Part shown: piece by piece, positions 60,860 to 64,000 of the stretch
Layout: each line of letters starts with the position of its first letter
Numbering within the stretch: the first letter of the stretch is position 1
From: Zygnema circumcarinatum SAG 698-1b
Taxonomy: Eukaryota > Plantae > Zygnematophyceae
Reading direction: 5' to 3'
NCBI GenBank assembly: GCA_037447605.1
Contig: CM074817.1
Coordinates: forward strand, 2,170,001 to 2,234,000
DNA length: 64,000 bases
Notes under the pieces: model-generated
The model's input: only the letters and a program-made list of their open reading frames with translations
Told to the model about the DNA's origin: nothing
The model's database searches: none
Position numbers and translations under genes: made by a program

Positions 60860-63816
60860 ATGCCGCGAGAGATCATCACGCTGCAGGTCGGGCAGTGCGG
60901 CAACCAGGTGGGGCTGGAGTTCTGGAAGCAGCTCCTGCAGGAGCATGGCATTCAGAAGAACGGAATCGTGGAAGATTTCGCCGCCACAGGGCCGGTAATG
61001 CGAATGCCCTGTGCAGCCTGAGCTATGAATGCACTTGTCCTTGCCCTTGCCCTAAAGCATGCATCCCGTAAAGCAGCATTTCTAAAAAACCTAGAAACCA
61101 TATCATGTCACGGCTCGGCTCACCTGTTTAATGCTCATGCGAGCTCCCTTCCCCCTTTTTTTTTCTTCTCTATCATGCTGTGTCCTATCATGCTCGTGAT
61201 TATCATATCATATCACATGCCGGCTCTCACGCTTCTCATCATATCTCTTTATTGCTCACGCACGCACATTGTATTCTTCCTTTCATCTCGCCTTTTTTTC
61301 TTATGCACATGCACGCATGCATGCCTGCATCCTGCATTGATCCATTCATTTCTCCGCGCAGAGCATTGATCGGAAGGACATATTCTTTTATCAAGCGGAC
61401 GACGACCATTACGTGCCGCGCGCGCTGCTGGTGGACCTCGAGCCGCGCGTGATCAATGGCATCCAGCAGAGCGAGTATCGCAGCCTCTACAACAATGAGA
61501 ACTTTTTTGTGGCGGAGCACGGGGGGGGCGCCGGGAACAACTGGGCCAACGGTTTTCAGCAGGTCAAAACATGTTGCTAAACTGTCGTGTGGATGTGTCT
61601 CCAAGCATTGCATAAACCCTCACTTATACATCGAGACCAAAGGAGAGAGTTACTACAATTGTAAAGGCTCTATGCCTTTAGGTCTTAGAAATTTCTTTTA
61701 CTGTTGGAGGGTCTTGAACTTTGCAGGAACACATTTCGCAAACCCATGCTTTTAGCTCTAGAAAATCACAGTTCTCACTCTCTCCCCCCACTTCCCCTTT
61801 CACACTCGTCCCCTCCTCTCCTCCCCCCCTCCGCCCTTCTCCTTCTCTTCCCCCCGTCCCTCACTCTCTCTCTCTCTCTTCCACACACACAACACACACG
61901 TGAGGGAAGATAGGAAGTATTTGATAGTTTCTTGTACCTAAGGAAGGGCAAAAAGCAAGTGCTAATTGAACTTCAACTAAGCAGGCGTATTGTTGAAGTC
62001 GAACCAGATTATCTCTCGTCCTCACTCTTCCCCTCTCTTCCACTCCTTCCTCTCCCACTCTTCCTCTCCCTCTCCCCCCACTCTCCCTCTCCTTCCGTCT
62101 CCCTCTCCCTCTCCCTTCTCTCATAAGCTGTATGGCTGAGAGGTTCAGGGGACAACCTATTCTGAGGAAGTACTCGATATGATCAATCGAGAAGCCGAGG
62201 GAGGCGATAACTTGGAGGGCTTCCTACTCTGCCATTCCATCGCAGGAGGAACCGGTTCAGGTTAGTTAATCTTCAAAGTTCCCCTAATGACCTTGTTTTC
62301 TTAACTATTTAGAATGTCCACGGTTTCTAGGAGGACTTTGCCGCAACAACAGGCATTCATTATCACATGAGAGGCTTTATGTTATTATTGTTATCATCTT
62401 TTTACCTTTCATCCATTTTGCTTATTAGGCAACTTGTGGCCTATACTCATGATGTGTGCAGGCATGGGCTCGTACCTCTTGGAGGCGCTAAGTGATCATT
62501 ATAGCAAGAAAGTCGTTCAGACATATAGCGTTTTTCCAAACCAACGTGAACCCGACGTAGTGGTGCAACCCTACAATTCAATTCTCACATTGAAGCGACT
62601 CATAAACAATGCGGATAGTGTCGTTGTGCTCGACAATACAGCCCTTAATCGGTTGGCAGTTCGTCAACTCCCAAACACCACCACTCCCACCATCTCACAA
62701 ACAAACTCCCTTGTAGCAACCGTTATGGCTGCGAGTACATCAACTCTGCGCTATCCGGGCTACATGAATAACGACCTTGTGGGCATGATCACGACGCTTG
62801 TACCGGTCCCGAAATGCCATTTTCTTATGACAGGATATACGCCTTTGACACTTGAATTGCAGGTGCAACCTCCCAACACCCCTCTCTTTCTCTCTCTCTC
62901 TCTCTCTCTCGCTCTCTCTCGCTCTATCCCTTTTTTCTCCCGATAATCTCTCAATCAAAGCATACTTCATACGATGTTTGTTTCACGCTCGGGTCCCTTT
63001 CGAGGCCCTGTTGTATGTCTCTCACTTCCAAATTTTCCCTCTCGCCCCCTTCCTAAAATTTCCTCTCCCCTCCCACCCTTCAAAGCTCCTTCTCTTGCGC
63101 CTCTCTCCTCTGTTGAGGCGCTCATTCCTTTCTCTGTCACGTGAAGCTGAACAACTAGTAGCAGAGAGTGGAAAGTACTGCCTTAGATTCCCAATGATAG
63201 CGCCGGCCTACATGGATATTGAGAAAGAGGGAGTTAGAGAGAGGAAAGAGAGGGCGAAGGATAGTTATTTGGGAATGCATTCAGTTGTGTCTATATGCAT
63301 GCACATGCAGACATATCCATATAATACATACATCCGCAGATATATACAGACATGTATGCATACATACACGCATACATTCACATTTAATTCCATGCATGTA
63401 CTTATACATATGCTTATTCTATGGTGCGATATGGTGTGTCCGATGGGTGTCTGCTGTACAGGAAAGCACAGTGCGCAAAACCACTGTAGCGGATGTTATG
63501 CGTCGGCTTCTGAAGGTGGCTCTCACCTCCCCTACTGTTCCATAATCAAACTAAGCACTGAAATTTTTGTGAACGGATTGTATGGCTGTTTCGTTGCAGC
63601 TTGCTGCTGTGGAACGATTTTGAATTTTGCAATCCTGAACAAACGACAACAATTTTTTTTTCATAGAAAAGGTTTTGATTAATTATGGGCCGTATGGTGG
63701 GAGGGAGGCAGCCCGAGAACATGATGGTGTCATCTTATGCGAAACAGCAAGATCTGAGCCGTGCGAAGTATATCTCCGCCTTGAATATTATCCTTGGTGA
63801 TGTGGATCCTACACAG
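60860..63816 (+). CDS. TUBG: Gamma-tubulin, 5' part; continues past the right edge
   Basis: Exons 60860-60994, 61362-61562, 62149-62260, 62462-62862, 63462-63515, 63712-63816. [74 protein letters not shown]. Confidence 0.95.
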
Positions 63817-64000
63817 GTAAACAAATTTTCTACTGTTTAGGAAATATCTCCTTAGGGAGGAGGGTAAGGCCATGCTATAAATTTCATTCTGCACTTGGAG
63901 TAATGGTCAGAGCGGAGGAGGATACGGAGGGAGATGGAGTGGGCAGTAAATGGTAATGCATCATTATTCACAGAGATATCTATCTTAGTTGCCTTCATTT

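Overview
Eukaryotic nuclear DNA from a green-lineage (streptophyte) genome. The plant-type AP-5 beta, HCF109-like RF2, CAD, TBL and ascorbate oxidase, together with diverged housekeeping proteins and microsatellite-filled introns, suggest a streptophyte alga or non-seed plant (inference). I built spliced models by hand, with consistent intron phases, for about 12 genes: AP5B1 (-, runs off the left edge), plastid release factor 2 (+), CAD-like dehydrogenase (+), an intronless orphan ORF (-), an FAH-family hydrolase (+), a USP-domain gene (+) whose 5' half is tandemly duplicated (1806-bp period), a TBL O-acetyltransferase (-), an ascorbate-oxidase-like multicopper oxidase (+), an unidentified gene (+), PAM18 (-), intronless NFS1 (+), NUF2 (-) and a diverged gamma-tubulin (+, runs off the right edge). 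Notable non-genic structure: two nested transposon stacks around the TBL 5' end with readable target-site duplications; tandemly amplified 3' splice sites in two introns; many purine-rich acceptors; telomere-like arrays; a tRNA-like element; G-box/GTAC-dense intergenic islands; and head-to-head gene pairs that appear function-matched. Most long ORFs in the supplied track are low-complexity artefacts. No prokaryotic system or CRISPR array is evident. All family assignments are from recalled motifs, not database searches.
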